64,000 nt of DNA from Pavona decussata. Its lineage: Eukaryota. Position numbers and translations under genes: made by a program. The DNA is taken from positions 1,922,001 through 1,986,000 of the forward strand of contig CDRNST010000143.1 in NCBI GenBank assembly GCA_977016875.1, given 5' to 3'. Every line of letters starts with the position of its first letter. Position 1 is the first letter of the stretch. The notes under the pieces are model-generated. The model saw only the letters and a list, made by a program, of their open reading frames with translations. It did no database searches and was not told the origin of the DNA. Shown here in pieces: positions 24,731 through 38,577 of the stretch.

Positions 24731-27678
24731 GTGAATGTAACTTTTTAACTTTGTCATTGGCATTTTAAATGTGTTAAGCACAATAAGCGCAGAACCAATC
24801 ATGATTACAAAATGAAGATATTTCGTTAGGTACATAGAAATAAACGATTGTTAGGAAAAACTATTAACAACTATTCCAAGTGATAAGAATTTAAGTTAGG
24901 ATTTATCATTTTTTATAAAAGATATATCTTTGATCACAAGACGAGAGTTTCAAATATTACTATTCTTGAATCAAGAATTAGAAACCTAAGTGAAAATAAA
25001 TAATTTTTTTCCAAGCAAATTTGAAATTCGAGCAATTAAATGTCAAACGTTTTAACTAAAAAACTATTTTTATATATTGACTCAACCAGAAAGAATTTAT
25101 TACTCAAACAAACATCGCTATGTTAAAGTTTATTTTTGGACCGGATATCAAAAATAAATCAAATATCATTGCAACAAAGAATTTTATGTTCTCATAAATT
25201 TAAATTTTATGAAGCCATACGTTTCGTGAAAACAATATATGATAATGAAGAAAAAAGAAATGTCAGGGCAGAAAGAAATTAATCGGAAAAAAGGTTTTTT
25301 TCTCTAAATAAACATACCGAAATATTTTTGGTTTTGAAACGAGCTTTTAAGGCAAATCTTTTGCCACAAAAATTCCAGCTGCTAACAAGGTTTCAAACAT
25401 CCACATTTTTAGCCATCCGACCGTCCCTTACTGTGGAAATCAGGGTTTGTTCTACTCCTAGATTTACTTTTCTCTACTCTTGAGCGGTATTAGACTAACA
25501 TTGCAATTTACGTAGCCAGGATGCGAGCAAACTGGTTGAAGTCAGTCCATGCTTCCATAATCAGAAAACTACGAACGAAAGGCAGAGAAGGTGCCTTCAT
25601 TACAACAAAGCATTTTCGACAACATGTTTAATCTTTACAATAACTAACGACATCAGAGTTTAAAAGTACTCTCCGGACGACCTTTCAAATGAGAAATCAA
25701 AAACACAAAGAAGTGAAACATGATGAATTTGTTAATTAACTTTAATGATTTTTGGTTAAAAAATCCCGAAATCTTGATTGTCGTCTACCCCGCTCCATTT
25801 TGAATTCTATTTTAGATTAACAAATGTTATAATTTTAGCAAATACTTTAAAAATTGCTGAGAAGTGGGTTTCTGTCATGCAAACTTCTCAATAACAATAC
25901 GGGTGTCCGTTTTGGTGATTAATTTTCTCTTCGAGTTCAAAGTACAAGTATCCATACGGCAGTTTAAAGAGGTGAGAGATCAAGGGTAACGTTTCTTAAG
26001 AGCGAACAGTTCGTTTAATGAAAAGCAGTCAGCTTTTAAATTGGGTACACGATTCACGACATAAAGTTCTTTTATTGCGTCATTTTAAATCATTTTAAAT
26101 ATTGCATTACAATTTTTAGACAGTTTTTGGCAAAAGGGTGGAGTTGTTGCTTCGTGTTTTGATTAACAGCAAATTTTCCTTAATCAGTTTATTTTTTAAA
26201 CAATAACATTGATTTTCAATCAACAGGAAAAACGAGGAGATGACTGATCGCGTGATAAAATGAGGTCTTTCAATAGAAACTAATGGACTGAACCTCTACG
26301 GTCTTAAATCACGCACAACAAACGTAAGGCAAACTGCACAGTCACTGCATGTTTGAGTAAACTAATCGATTTGTTGTATTTATTGACACTACTCTCTTTA
26401 TGCCAGCGTTAAAAAGAACAACTTTTAATTTTAGTTTTAAAATTGAATCTGCTGTGTCCGTGTTTCATCTTTTTCCTTTTTCACTGAGAGCTGATAAGTG
26501 TTTTAGACGATAGTGGCTTTCGAAAGAAAAAGAAGTAATGGTTTTTGTAAAATAATTAGTTCTTAATTATTTTATTTCCTTGGTTAGTATATTCGATAGT
26601 TAGGCAAGCATGACGTCGTTTCATTGTATTTCCATATTAGCTCTCCAGATAAAGCTTTTCTTTGCTGGATTAGTTCAAGGTTTTGGCAATCAACTCAGTG
26701 ACATTCAATTTTTGTGGATCATTCAAAAGTTGATTTGGAAATCAAAAATTAATAATATAGATGAAACAGATGAAATATTGTTCTTTTACTTATTTATGAC
26801 CTCAGAAAGCAGAAAGAGCAGTTGGTAATTATTCTCAAAAAGCTAAGCAAAATGTTCATAGTGAGATCCTTAATAAAGCCACACACTTTAAATCATACAT
26901 TTTCAATCAAGAGTGATATCATTCAATAATTGGACTTCTTAACTGCTATTTGGTCTGCCGTGTTCCTGTCGCTCAGTTTACATTATTCAGTTCTAAGTTT
27001 TCAAGCTTATGACACGTTACTTTTACAAATTTGTAGAAAACATTCTTGTCGGTTTGATGATCGCAATACGTAGAGGAAAGCAAATATCCGACTTTAAGAA
27101 TTTCTGTGAGTTTAAAGGCAGCAAAAACAACCACTGAAGAATCTAATAAATGTGTTTTGCCAGCACGTGATTTTAATTCTTTGTTCCGTCAATAAAAGGA
27201 TATGTATGATCAGAATAATATCTTTAGAAACATGTTACTCAAATGTCCATGAAAAAGAACTGAAGCTAACATAGTTAAGCTAGAGATTTGTACACAGCTA
27301 TTTCATTTCCAGCCATAAAAAGACAATATAAACGTATGTTATTTGGTGTGTTAGGACAATACTAAATTCACAGAATGGAATTTGTACTCACGTGAATGCT
27401 TGCAATGTGACGTCATTAGGAAACTATTTTAAAAGTTGAATGAACGGTGATCGTTGTTGTAGAGAAGAAACGCTTCGTTTGTTTCGTCGAAGACATGTCC
27501 GAGACTTCTATTTGATATCCTATTTTGTCCCTTTGTTCACCAAATAGCTTGTTTGTCGTTCAACCGATTTTCAACTGACTGCACAATGTTTGTGTCAAAG
27601 TAAGTAAAAGGATGACTGGATTTCGCTGTAAGACTCATGATTCCACAATGAGAATAACTAACATTAAACTGAACTGAT

Positions 27679-30600
27679 AAGCCTTTCAAAGCATCATTTA
27701 ATCATTTAATATTTAAAATTGTTCCCTCCAAACGAGCCCTAAGGCAAGTTGAATATATCAGCAGACGTTATGAACTCGACTTCAATGCCAAAGAACAAAA
27801 TTTACAGTAACAGATGTTTTGTCTTAGAGACTCGAATCCAAAGAAAACAAGACCACAAATGAAAGTTTGTCCTTGGACTTGCTAAGAAGTTGATGATTCA
27901 TCGAGCAAGCCTTGTTGTTCTATTCCATTTCCTCTCATTATTTTGCGTTGTTCGGTTATTTCTTAGGGATCATTATTGCATTGTTATATACTTGTCTTTA
28001 CGATGATCTTTAGTGCTCATAGACTGAAAAAGGCCGCCCCCAATAATATCATTTTGCCTTGTCGTACAAACCAGAAAAACAATTCTGTTAAAAATGTAAC
28101 ATGGCAAATTTCAAAGTACGTCTTAAAAAAGGATGAAGCTCGAGGTCTTAGAAGCGGTTATTCCCTGGGATTAAGAGGAAATTAGTGACATCTTGAATTT
28201 TCCTTGGCGTAAGAGATGTGAAGACGCTAAAGCGAAGAGCAAGGTGCCGCTATATTTGTGTTCTGAAAAACAGAATTACTTAATTAAGTTAAAAGAAGAA
28301 AGAAGTCTGCGTCAAAATGCAAGAACTAAGGTTTTTAAAGGCACGAAAGGAGAGCTTTCAATTCAGCGGAAAGTACGATATGCATGACCTGAAGAATGCA
28401 AAACCTATTTCTTCTTTTATTATTGCTTCTTGTCAAATTAAGGGAAAATAAACCCTGGTATGAGATATATGTTATGTTTTCTCACCCTGAACCTGCCATT
28501 ATTTATATCGCGAGAAAAAAGACTATTATTTCATCAAAGAAATTGAGTTTTGTTCCTTGATCTCCTCAAATGAAATCAGTGTCTATAAAACGGAGCAACA
28601 TTCCAACGAAACGACAAAAGCGAAGACAGTGTTTTCAACTGAGACACGAAAATGAAAATTTGATCACTAAAAACTACGTTAGCGATAACTGATAAATGTT
28701 GCACAGGTAAAACAATAAGTGGAAGAGCGATAGACAACAAAGATAAAATTATATTGAACGAGAGATGATTCAGTGTGTTGAATTTGCATGGCTACTCAGT
28801 TGTAATAGAAAATACCAACCTTATCACGTGGATATTTTAAAATAACCGTGAAATCGTTACCTTGTACTCCGCTCCTTTCTAAGGCATTGTTTAAGCTCAA
28901 AATGAAATATCAAAGATTTAATTACTATTTCTATTAAACTGCTGAAAAAGCAATTCACTATTTGTCATGCAAACGTCTTATTGGCGTTATGATGTCTGCT
29001 CGCCTGAGGCTATTTCTTAATCAGCAATATTTTGTTTTTAATTATTAAGTAACAATTGTTTGAATCACTGGATGAAAGCAACCAAGAAGTCTTGAACAAA
29101 AGATAATTTTTATGTCGCCATTTAGTTGTTTTCAAAGTTAAGTCAAGAGTTACTTCCAAACGATTAAATCATGTTCGGCAAGTTTGTTTATATCTTGTAA
29201 AAACAGTTTAGTTTGGAAATATAAACTTCTCGAAGAGAAGACTAATTTTTAAAAATAAGGCAAAAAGTACAAGCACAGCGATTTGCCGATTAAATTATGA
29301 TTAAAATTAACAAGATAGAATTCTTCCTTCCATTTCACAAGTAAAGACTGTAAAGAATAGAGTCATCGGTTTCGTTTGAGTTGCTGAAGTAAAAAGGAAG
29401 GTTCCTGCACTACATGTTTTCAAAAAATTAAGCATTGCTTGACAGAATATCTTTCAAGCCTTTCAAAGCATCACTTAATCATTTACTATTTAAAATCGTT
29501 TCCTCCAAACTAGCCCTAAGGCAAGTTGAATATATCAACAGACGTCATGAACTCGACTTGAATGCCAAAGAACAAAATTGTCATAATTCTTACAGTAACA
29601 GTTTCTTTGTCTTGGAGACTCGAATCTGAAAAAAGCAAGACCACAGATGGAAGTTTGTTCTTGGACTTGCTAAGAAGTTGCTGATTCGTCGATCAAACCT
29701 TGTTGTTCTACTCCATTTCCCCTCATTATTTTGCGTTGTTCTGTTATTTCTTAGGGATCATTGTTGCATTGTTGTATACTTGTCTTTACGGTAATCTTCA
29801 GTGCTCATAGCTGAAGAATGCAAAACCTATTTCTTCTTTCATTATTGCTTCTTATCAAATTTAAGGGAAAATAAACCCTGGTATGAGATATATGTTATGT
29901 TTTCTCAGCCTGAACCTGCCATTATTTATATCGCGAGAAAAAAGACTATTATTTCATCAAAGAAATTGAGTTTTGTTCCTTGATCTCCTCAAATGAAATC
30001 AGTGTCTATAAAACGGAGCAACATTCCAACGAAACGACAAAAGCGAAGACAGTGTTTTCAACTGAGACACGAAAATGAAAATTTGATCACTTAAAACTAC
30101 GTTAGCGATAACTAATGAAGGTTGCACAGGTAAAACAATAAGTGGAAGAGCGATAAACAACAAAGATAAAATTATATTGAACGAGAGATGATTCAGTGTG
30201 CTGAATTTGCATGGCTTCTTAGTTGTAATAGAAAATACCAACCTTATCACGTGGATATTTTAAAAAACCGTGAAATCGTTACCTCGTACTCCGCCCCTTT
30301 CTAAGGCATTGTTTAAGCTCAAAATGAAATATCAAAGATTTAATTACTATTTCTATTGAACTGCTGAAAAAGCAACTCATGCACTATTTGTCATGCAAAC
30401 GTCTTATTGGCGTTATGATGTCTGCTCGCCTGAGGCTATTTCTTAATTAGCAATATTTTGTTTTTAGTTAGTAAGTAACAATTGTTTGAATCACTGGACG
30501 AAAGCAACCAAGAAGTCTTTAACAAAAGTTTTTTTTGCTTTCGTCATTTAGTTGTTTACAAAGTACGTCAAGAATTACTTTCAAACGATTAAATCATGTT

Positions 30601-30897
30601 CGGCAAGTTCAAAAAAAAACTTGGAGTTTGGATTAATTACTTGCTTGTTAATATCTTCTAAAAACAGTTTAGTTTAGAAAACATAAACTTCTCGAAGAGA
30701 AGACTGATTTTTAAAAATAATGCAAAAAGTACAAGCACAGCGCTTTGCGGAAGAACAAGATAGAATTCTTCCTTCACTTTCACAAGTAAAGACTGTAAAG
30801 AATAGAATCATCGGTTTCGTTTGAGTTGTTGAAGTAGCAAAGAAGGTTCCTGCACTATATGTTTCCAAAAAATTAAGCATTTCTTGGCAGAATATTT
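27679..30897 (+). repeat. Recent tandem duplication (27679-29452 vs 29456-30897)
   Basis: Long near-identical stretches, e.g. 28390-29100 vs 29812-30525. Copy 2 lacks ~28025-28385. Confidence 0.93.
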
Positions 30898-33800
30898 TGT
30901 CTTTAGAAAAACTAACAATACTACATATTAGATTAATAAATTATTTTTTTTTAATGTTACTTTAAAAATTTCTAAGAAGAGGGTTTTGTCATGCGCACTT
31001 CTCCATAACAATATGGTGTCCGTTTTTGGCGGTTAATTAAACTTTTGAGTTCATAGGTAATGCAAAGAGGTAAGCTACGAGGCGCACCTCTTTTAAAAGA
31101 GCAAACAGTTGTGTAAATGAAAAACAGTCAGCCTTAAATTGGATCAAATTATTTGATTGCACAGCACATCTTTTCTACACGATTCACGAAAGTTCTGTAA
31201 TTGTGTTCAAAGTCGTTTCAAATATTGCTTTACGATTACAGTTTTTGCAAAAAAGCTAAAACGTCGGGATCAACATTGCGTGATAAAATAAGTTCTTTCA
31301 ATAGAACCTGATAGACTCAATGAACTTCTGTGGTCTTTAACCACGCACCAAACACGTAAAGCAAACTGCACAGTCACTGCATGTTTGAGTGAACTAATCG
31401 GTTTGTTGTATTCATTGACTCTACTCTACGAGCGCCAACCTTGTGAAACAGCAAATTATAAATTCAAAATTGAATCTGCTGTGGCCGTGTTTAATCTTTT
31501 TCCTTTTTCAGAGTTGACACGTGTTTCAGACGATAGTGGCTTTTGAAAGAAAAAGGAAAAAAAAACAACAACAATAAATAAATAAAAAAAAAAACGATGA
31601 TAAATAAATGTGATTTTTTCAGCACGTGATTTTCTTTGTACTGTCAATATATGGTACAGTGAATGCTGAAAACAATATTCAGTAATGTTACTCAATTGCC
31701 CATGGAAAAGAATTGAAGCAGAAAAACTTTAGCTATGGCCGGATTTGTCAGAGCTTTTTCAATAAATGGTGATCAAACGAAGTCCATTCTTGATTGTAGA
31801 CATCATAAACGTGTTTCTGCTCGGAAAATGCTTGGAATGTGACGTAATAAAGAAAATATTTCGAAATTTGATTGTTGCAGAGAAGCGTTTCGTTTCGCTC
31901 GTAGCCCAGTTACACTGATATTCGTCTTCCGTAGCTCAAAAGCACTATGTGCAAAGGTTGTAGTTTATGTCGTGTTTTGTTCCCTTTGTTCACCAAATAA
32001 CCAGTTCGTAGTTCAAAAACTGATGCCAGATATTTGTGCCCTCTGTAAGTAGAGGAATGAATGAAATATTTTCTAACGACTCCTTAATGAGAATTACTGA
32101 CATAAACAGGAATTTTTAAGCCGTTCTAACTATTGATTGATCCTTAGACATGCTAAATACATAAAATTCTATATTAAACAGACCTTAAGGTCAAAGAAAA
32201 AATTGTCATTCTACTTTAAAGTTTCGTTGTAACCCCGAATTCCTGAGAGAGACTGTATCATACAAACATTTTTACAGACGTTTCTCCTTGGAGTCAGTTA
32301 GACTTTCCTGATGCATGTATCGAACAACTTAATTGCTCTTGAACTAAAAAGGGTCGCTTGAAAGAATACCGCTTTGCTTTGTCATACTTAGTAGGACAAC
32401 ACTTTTGTAATAAATGCAATAAATTCAAAGTGAGTTGAAAAACTCTCATTTGGCGTGAAATTGTTGAAGGTTATTAGTTTGTTGAGTCATACCCCATCAT
32501 GCGATCAGAACCACCTTTCATTTCTAAGATGCGTAGTAGAATTAGAAAAATGTGTGCGTTCAAATGCCAGATCTCATTTTTCAAACCATGCACTTTCAAG
32601 CTGGTCAACCAGCTACAGAGTCCATAAGGAATATAGCAGTAACTACCTAGCCTCTCACGCAGTCACTTTTAGGGGAATCGTTTTACTCCTTAAACCGCCT
32701 CCTGCGTGAGAAAATAAGCGGTACTGAGACGCACACTGATCTACTTAAAATCAACAACTGATAGACAGATACATAGCTTTATTGCTTGTCTTAAGTCAGG
32801 GTCTAAGTCGGGCTTCGTTCCAATGTGAAGAGATTTGACGTCATTTTAAAGTGACGATATTGTTGTCTGTTGAATTTAATGGTTTGTTTGCGTGTTTAAG
32901 ATACTTTGTCATATATTAAAATACCATTCTGCTTTGTCATGATAAGTCGGAAAAAAAAAAAACGCTTTTATGGTAAATTACAAATGAAGGAAATTTCCGC
33001 CATCAAAAACTGTACAGTTTGACTTTACCATAAGGCGTGAGACTCATAGTTATCAATCTCACTAGAGCTTCACAACTTGTTCAATAATTGTTGTTACTTT
33101 AGACGAAAGTCACCAAAATAACACTGAGAATTTTTGTGACTCTCAGTGCTGTTCAACGATGCCCTCTAACGAGCAACATGGTAGCTACCCTTGTCCTCCA
33201 GTGGAGGAAGTTATTCGACAAAAGAAGGTCACGTCTTCTGCCGGATATGGTAATATTTATCTGCCTTAGCTTAAGTTCTAAACACACTTTCTATCGATAT
33301 CACGGGTTTGGCTCGGTACTTCTTCATGGAAATTGTCTAAAGTTACATTCAGTTTGAGTTGGACCAAGGCCGGAACATTTTGTAGTTAAACTACGCGGAA
33401 AAATATATAGGGTCATTGCATTTTTGCCTAATTTTGATATGCTATGTAAAGGAAACAAGTAATGTTTTGGAGCCGACTGTTGCTATGCCACATTCACGAG
33501 GTGAATGCAATAAGTAACCTAAAAATAAGACAAGCTTTAATATCATATAAGTATCCTATTTTAAGGCGTTTCAGCACGTCCATACTTCTAGGAAGTATGA
33601 AACACGCTAATTAATGATGACCAGTCCGTTGGAATCAACTGTAGATAAGAAGGAAACTACTAACGAATGACCCTCACTGAGTTTTATTGACAATGTACAA
33701 GTTGTCATTAAGTCTACATGAAGATTTCAACCGTCAAAACGTACTGTAATGCTGCAAAAATTGAAATACCTGAATTGTTGCGTGCTTTAGTTGAGACATG

Positions 33801-34072
33801 GCTACGGATACTTCTTACCATATCGTAAAGATTAAGTGTGTTTTTACGAATATCATTAAAAACATGTTGATTAAGATGTAAAGTAACACCCGAGTGATAA
33901 GTTTTAGCATTCATAAGAAAAGGAATGTATTTGCTCGAAATTCAAGCGGCGAAAGGCGTTTTCTAATTTGTTTTTTCAAGAAGGAAGTTGAATGTTTATG
34001 GTTATGAAATCATCACCAATTTTGAGTTGCATAGATTCAATGTATTACTTTGTGGAAATATAAGAAACAAGC

Positions 34073-34169
34073 AAGATAAGATAAGATAAGATAAGATAAG
34101 ATAAGATAAGATAAGATAAGATAAGATAAGATAAGATAAGATAAGATAAGATGAGATAAGATAAGATAA
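34073..34169 (+). repeat. (GATAA)n pentanucleotide microsatellite
   Basis: About 19 tandem AGATA/GATAA units; absent from the paralogous block near 23.9 kb. Confidence 0.95.
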
Positions 34170-36536
34170 CTTAACATAAGTAACCTGCAATATTATGAGT
34201 AGAACTCTAATGCTTTTCCTCATTTATTTAACATCAATATAGGATCAAGGTCTCTTGTTTACAGCTGTTTCATCTCCAGTCATGTGCGTTGCTCTAGATA
34301 CAGAACATACATGTACGGATGTTAGCTTTACTGAGTCGAACGCTTTTAAGCATGCCATGGAGAATGTTAATTTTGTAATGATTTGTTAGTTATTGATTTT
34401 GTTTTGTCGCTGCTGAAGCCATGCACCTCAGGTTAAAACTTACTAGAGGGTATACAGCGAGTTACAAGAAAGGAAGGAAGGAAGGACATTATTTGAATTC
34501 TCTAGTTTGGTAATGAAACTTGGTGATTTCGTCTATGTTTTGTTGTAAGTTCAGGAAATAATTTGGGAATAAGTCATCGTACCAATCAAATGTAGTTTTG
34601 AGAACAATATGTGTGTTTTAAAAGAGCCGAGGCACCACTCATCACAATCCAAAAATAGCTCTTGCACGCGCTGCGTGCCTATATTATATTATTTTCGTTG
34701 CGTGAACTTTGTTTTAATTAACTTTAAATTTAAATGATATTGCCCTCAAGCATAAAGAATTTATTGCTCAAACAAACATGCTTTTAATTATTGAAATTTT
34801 TTTTGGAAGGATATCAAGCGTAAATCAAATATCACATTATGAGGAGTTCAATGTTCACTGCTTTGTTTCCGGCATACGTTCAAAGTAGTAATAAAAATGT
34901 TTCTTCCGTAAAACAAGAGAGAGAGAGAGCAACCAAACAGAAACAAGTTTGTTCTCATTTAACAAATGGCGTTTTTAGTTTTTCGAGAAACTATGATGCA
35001 TGCAGATATGTTTCCATGATAACAAAACAGTTTGAAACAAAATGTCTTATCGTTGCGACAACAAACGATACTACAGTTTGAAATGGAAAACCTTAAACAA
35101 AACAACTGAAACACAAAACTGCCAATAAACATGAATCATATTTTGTTTAAACATCCCAAGTCATGATTGTGTCTACCCCGCCCCATTTTAAAATCTATTT
35201 TGGTTTAACAAAAGTGATAATTTTAGCTAATACTTTAAAAATTGCTTGAATGGCGGTTTTTGTCATGCAAACTTCCGTTTTTGGCGATTAATTAGCGTTT
35301 TGAGTTCAAAGTGTCTATAAGGTCATTCACCGGAGGTAAGCGATCAGGGGTACCCTTTTTAAGGACAAACATGTAGATTATTGTGAAACATTCAACTTTA
35401 AATTGAGTCAAATCAGTTGACTATAAAGTAGCCAACCTTTTAAATTCATTCAAATCATTTGATTACAAAGGACATATATTTTTGCACGATTCACGAAAAT
35501 TCTTTGATTGGATTTCAAGTCGTTTCAAATATTGCATCACTACTTTTCAGACAGCTTGGCTAAAAGGGAGGAGTTGTTACTTGGTGTCTTGATTAACCGC
35601 AAATTTCCTTAATCAGTTTATTTTTTAAACATAAACATCTCGGAAATCAATGCATAGGTTTTTAAACAACAAGCCAAAACGTCGGGAACATCATTCCGTG
35701 ATCAATTGAGTTCTTTTCATTGGAAACTGATGGACTGAACATGGGACTTTGGTCTTAAATCAAGCACAAAAAATCTGACGCAATTCAAACTGCACAGTCA
35801 CTCCACGTTTGAGTGAACTTATCTGTTTGTTGCATTTATTGACACTACTCTCTTTATGCCAGCGCTAAAAGAACAACTAATTAATTAATGAATCTACTGC
35901 GGCCGGGGTTAATCTTTTTCAGTTCCTTTTTCAGAGATGACAAGTGCTTCAGACGATAATGGCTTTTGAAATTAAAACAAAAGAAGTCACGAGTTTTGTA
36001 AAACCATTAGTTCTTTATTGTTTTATTTCCTTGCTTAATATATGCGATAGTCAGTGTGCATTACGCAGCCTTGTTCATCGTATTTCAATATTGGCTCTTG
36101 CTTTCTTTGCTGGATTATTTTAGTCAGTGTCTTGGCAAATCAACTGGCATTCAATTTTTTGTCGATCATTCAAAAGTTGTTCTGCATTGAAAATCAAAAA
36201 TGAATAAAAGGGACGAAATTAATCCATGTATTTTGTCTGGCATCAGAAAACAGTTATCATATGTTTTATTTAAAAATCCTGAATATTGCCGATTACTTCG
36301 CCCCTATTCCAAGAGCTCTTTTGTAGCACTAAATGCGATAATTTTGACTACTACTTTTCCAAATTGCCGAGAGGAAGTGAGAGAGGTTCTGTTTGTCACG
36401 AAGACTTCTCATTGACAATTTGCGATTTTAAAATTTAATCTTTTGAAGTCAAAGTGTGCATAAGGTTAGGAGAAGATGGAAAGAAACCAGGAGCAAATTT
36501 TGAGGAACAAATAACTAGATTTGGGAAAAAGGAGTA

Positions 36537-36706
36537 CAGTCAACTCCCTCTATCGCGGACACCCTCGGGACCGCGATTTAGTGTCCTTAATAGCAAGAGT
36601 CCGTAATAGCGGGAATTCAGTCAAACGTCTGTAATTTATTTTTCCGGGGATCTAGCTGCTGTCCGTGTTCGTAATGGCGAGGTGTCTGCAAGGCGAGAGT
36701 TGAATG
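36537..36706. mobile_element. Tc1/mariner-type MITE
   Basis: TA|CAGTCAACTC...GAGTTGAATG|TA, with TA TSD. Confidence 0.8.
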
Positions 36707-38410
36707 TAGTCTTGACCCAAATTAATTGATTGCACAGTACAGCTATTTCAAAACGAAACACGAAAGTTCTTTAATTGTGTTGAAAGTCATTTTAAATATT
36801 GCATTACGATTTCTCAGACAGTTTTCTTGTGGGATTGTTGCTTGATATTTTGATTAACGGTAAATTTTCCTTAATCAGTTTATATTTTAAACAAAAACCT
36901 CTTTGCAAAAGCATGCAATAGCTTATTAGTATATAAGCTTAAATGTTTCATCATAAAATAACTTCAAATTTGCAATGCAAAGATAGAGTCCTTATTGTCA
37001 AGTTCTAAAGTTACGCTTAAAGAATCTTTAGTCAAAGAAAATTGCACATTTGAGCGAGTTAGTTGTTTGTTATATTTATTTTCTATCCATTTCTATACGG
37101 CCAGTCTTAAAAGAAAAAATCTCGACTTATAGATGAAATGTTCAAGCTGCCCTGATCTTATATATATTTTCTGCTTTTTAATTGCTGACAAGTGAATGAA
37201 GGAATTAAGTGGCTTTTGGAGGAGAAAATGATGTCATTATTGTCATAAAATAATTCCTTCTTCATTGTTTTATTTCATCACTTAATATATTCAATTGTTT
37301 AGCGAGTGTCTGACGTCCATCTACCGTGTATATTAGCTCTCCTTTTGTTCTGCATTAATTCTGTGTTTTTTGCAATTGAGTGGCATTCAATTTTTGTTGA
37401 TCATTCAAAAGTTGTTCTGAAAAATCAAAAAGACGAGAAAATAGGCCAGACCGGCGAAATAGACTTGCTGCGTCTGAAGTCAGAAAACAGAGAAGAACCA
37501 TAGATATGATACCGAGCTTAACATTCCAAAACACGCATGACGTCATTCAATATGGCACTTGCTCCTGTCTCTGTTCATTTCTAAGTTTATAACTTAAGAC
37601 ACGATAGAGGCTGTATGTTTTTAGAAAAAGTCTTCTTCAGGGTCTTTTTGGGTCGAGGTACTTAAAGCTGAAGCAAATATTTCACTTCCAGGATTTCAGT
37701 CAATTTAGAAGCAATAAAGATACAACCAAGGTCAAATAAACGTCTTTCATCAGCACGTGATTTTCTTTGTCTCTCAATATTTCGTTTAGCTAGTAAAAGC
37801 TGAAGGACAATATATTCAGAAATGTTACTCAATTACCCATGAAAAAGAACTGAACTGGCTATAGCAAATGAGTCCAGCCATAACAGACGATGTAAACGTG
37901 CGTTTTTTGGCATGAATTGAAGAAAATTCCAACAACGAAATTGGAAGAAGGCTTGGAATAAGACGTAATGGAGAAACATAATTCACGATTTGTCTGCAAA
38001 CATTTCATTGGAGTTATGATGTCTGTTCGCTGGAAGCTCGTTGTTAACCAGCAATATTTTATTGTTAATTAGCAAACGACTACTGTTTGAATCGAGTCAC
38101 TAGTGTAAAGCAACTCAAACGTTTTGAACAAAATATTTTTTTCGTTATTTATTTGTTTAACAAGGCACGTTAAGTCTAATAGTTTTTCAAACGATTACAT
38201 CATGTTCGGCAAGTTCTAAAAGAAAGTTGGAGTTATGGTTTACTGTTTGAAATAATTATTTGCTTGTAAAAGTCTTAAACAGTTTATTTTAGAAAACATA
38301 AACTTCTTCAAAAAGATTACCTACAAAGAATATAGCGGAATTTTGTGAAAGCACAACAGAACCCTCCCGTAATTTTAACATGTAAACATTGCAAAAGAAA
38401 AGTGAACGAT

Positions 38411-38577
38411 AGGGACCCGACTATATGGTGAATTTCAGCCCGGGCTGAGGTTACAGCCTGCTTAAGGGGCCTGAGAATTCAACCCGGATTTGCTAACAAA
38501 TAGAACAGGGTTTGTACTGATATGGAGAAAGTTCCAACCCGGGTCGAAACTCAGTCCAGGTGTAATATTTGGTCTTA
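38411..38577. mobile_element. MITE remnant with CAGCCCGGGCTG-type internal palindromes
   Basis: Repeated ttcagcccgggctga / caacccggg motifs, GC-rich in an AT-rich context; interrupts a duplicated block. Confidence 0.5.

Noticed and set aside
29435-30250. Short ORFs inside the recent tandem duplication
   Set aside because: Non-ATG starts, AT-rich, and frames not consistently preserved between copies.
34002-34223. ORF with (SYLIL)n repeats
   Set aside because: Translation of the (GATAA)n microsatellite.
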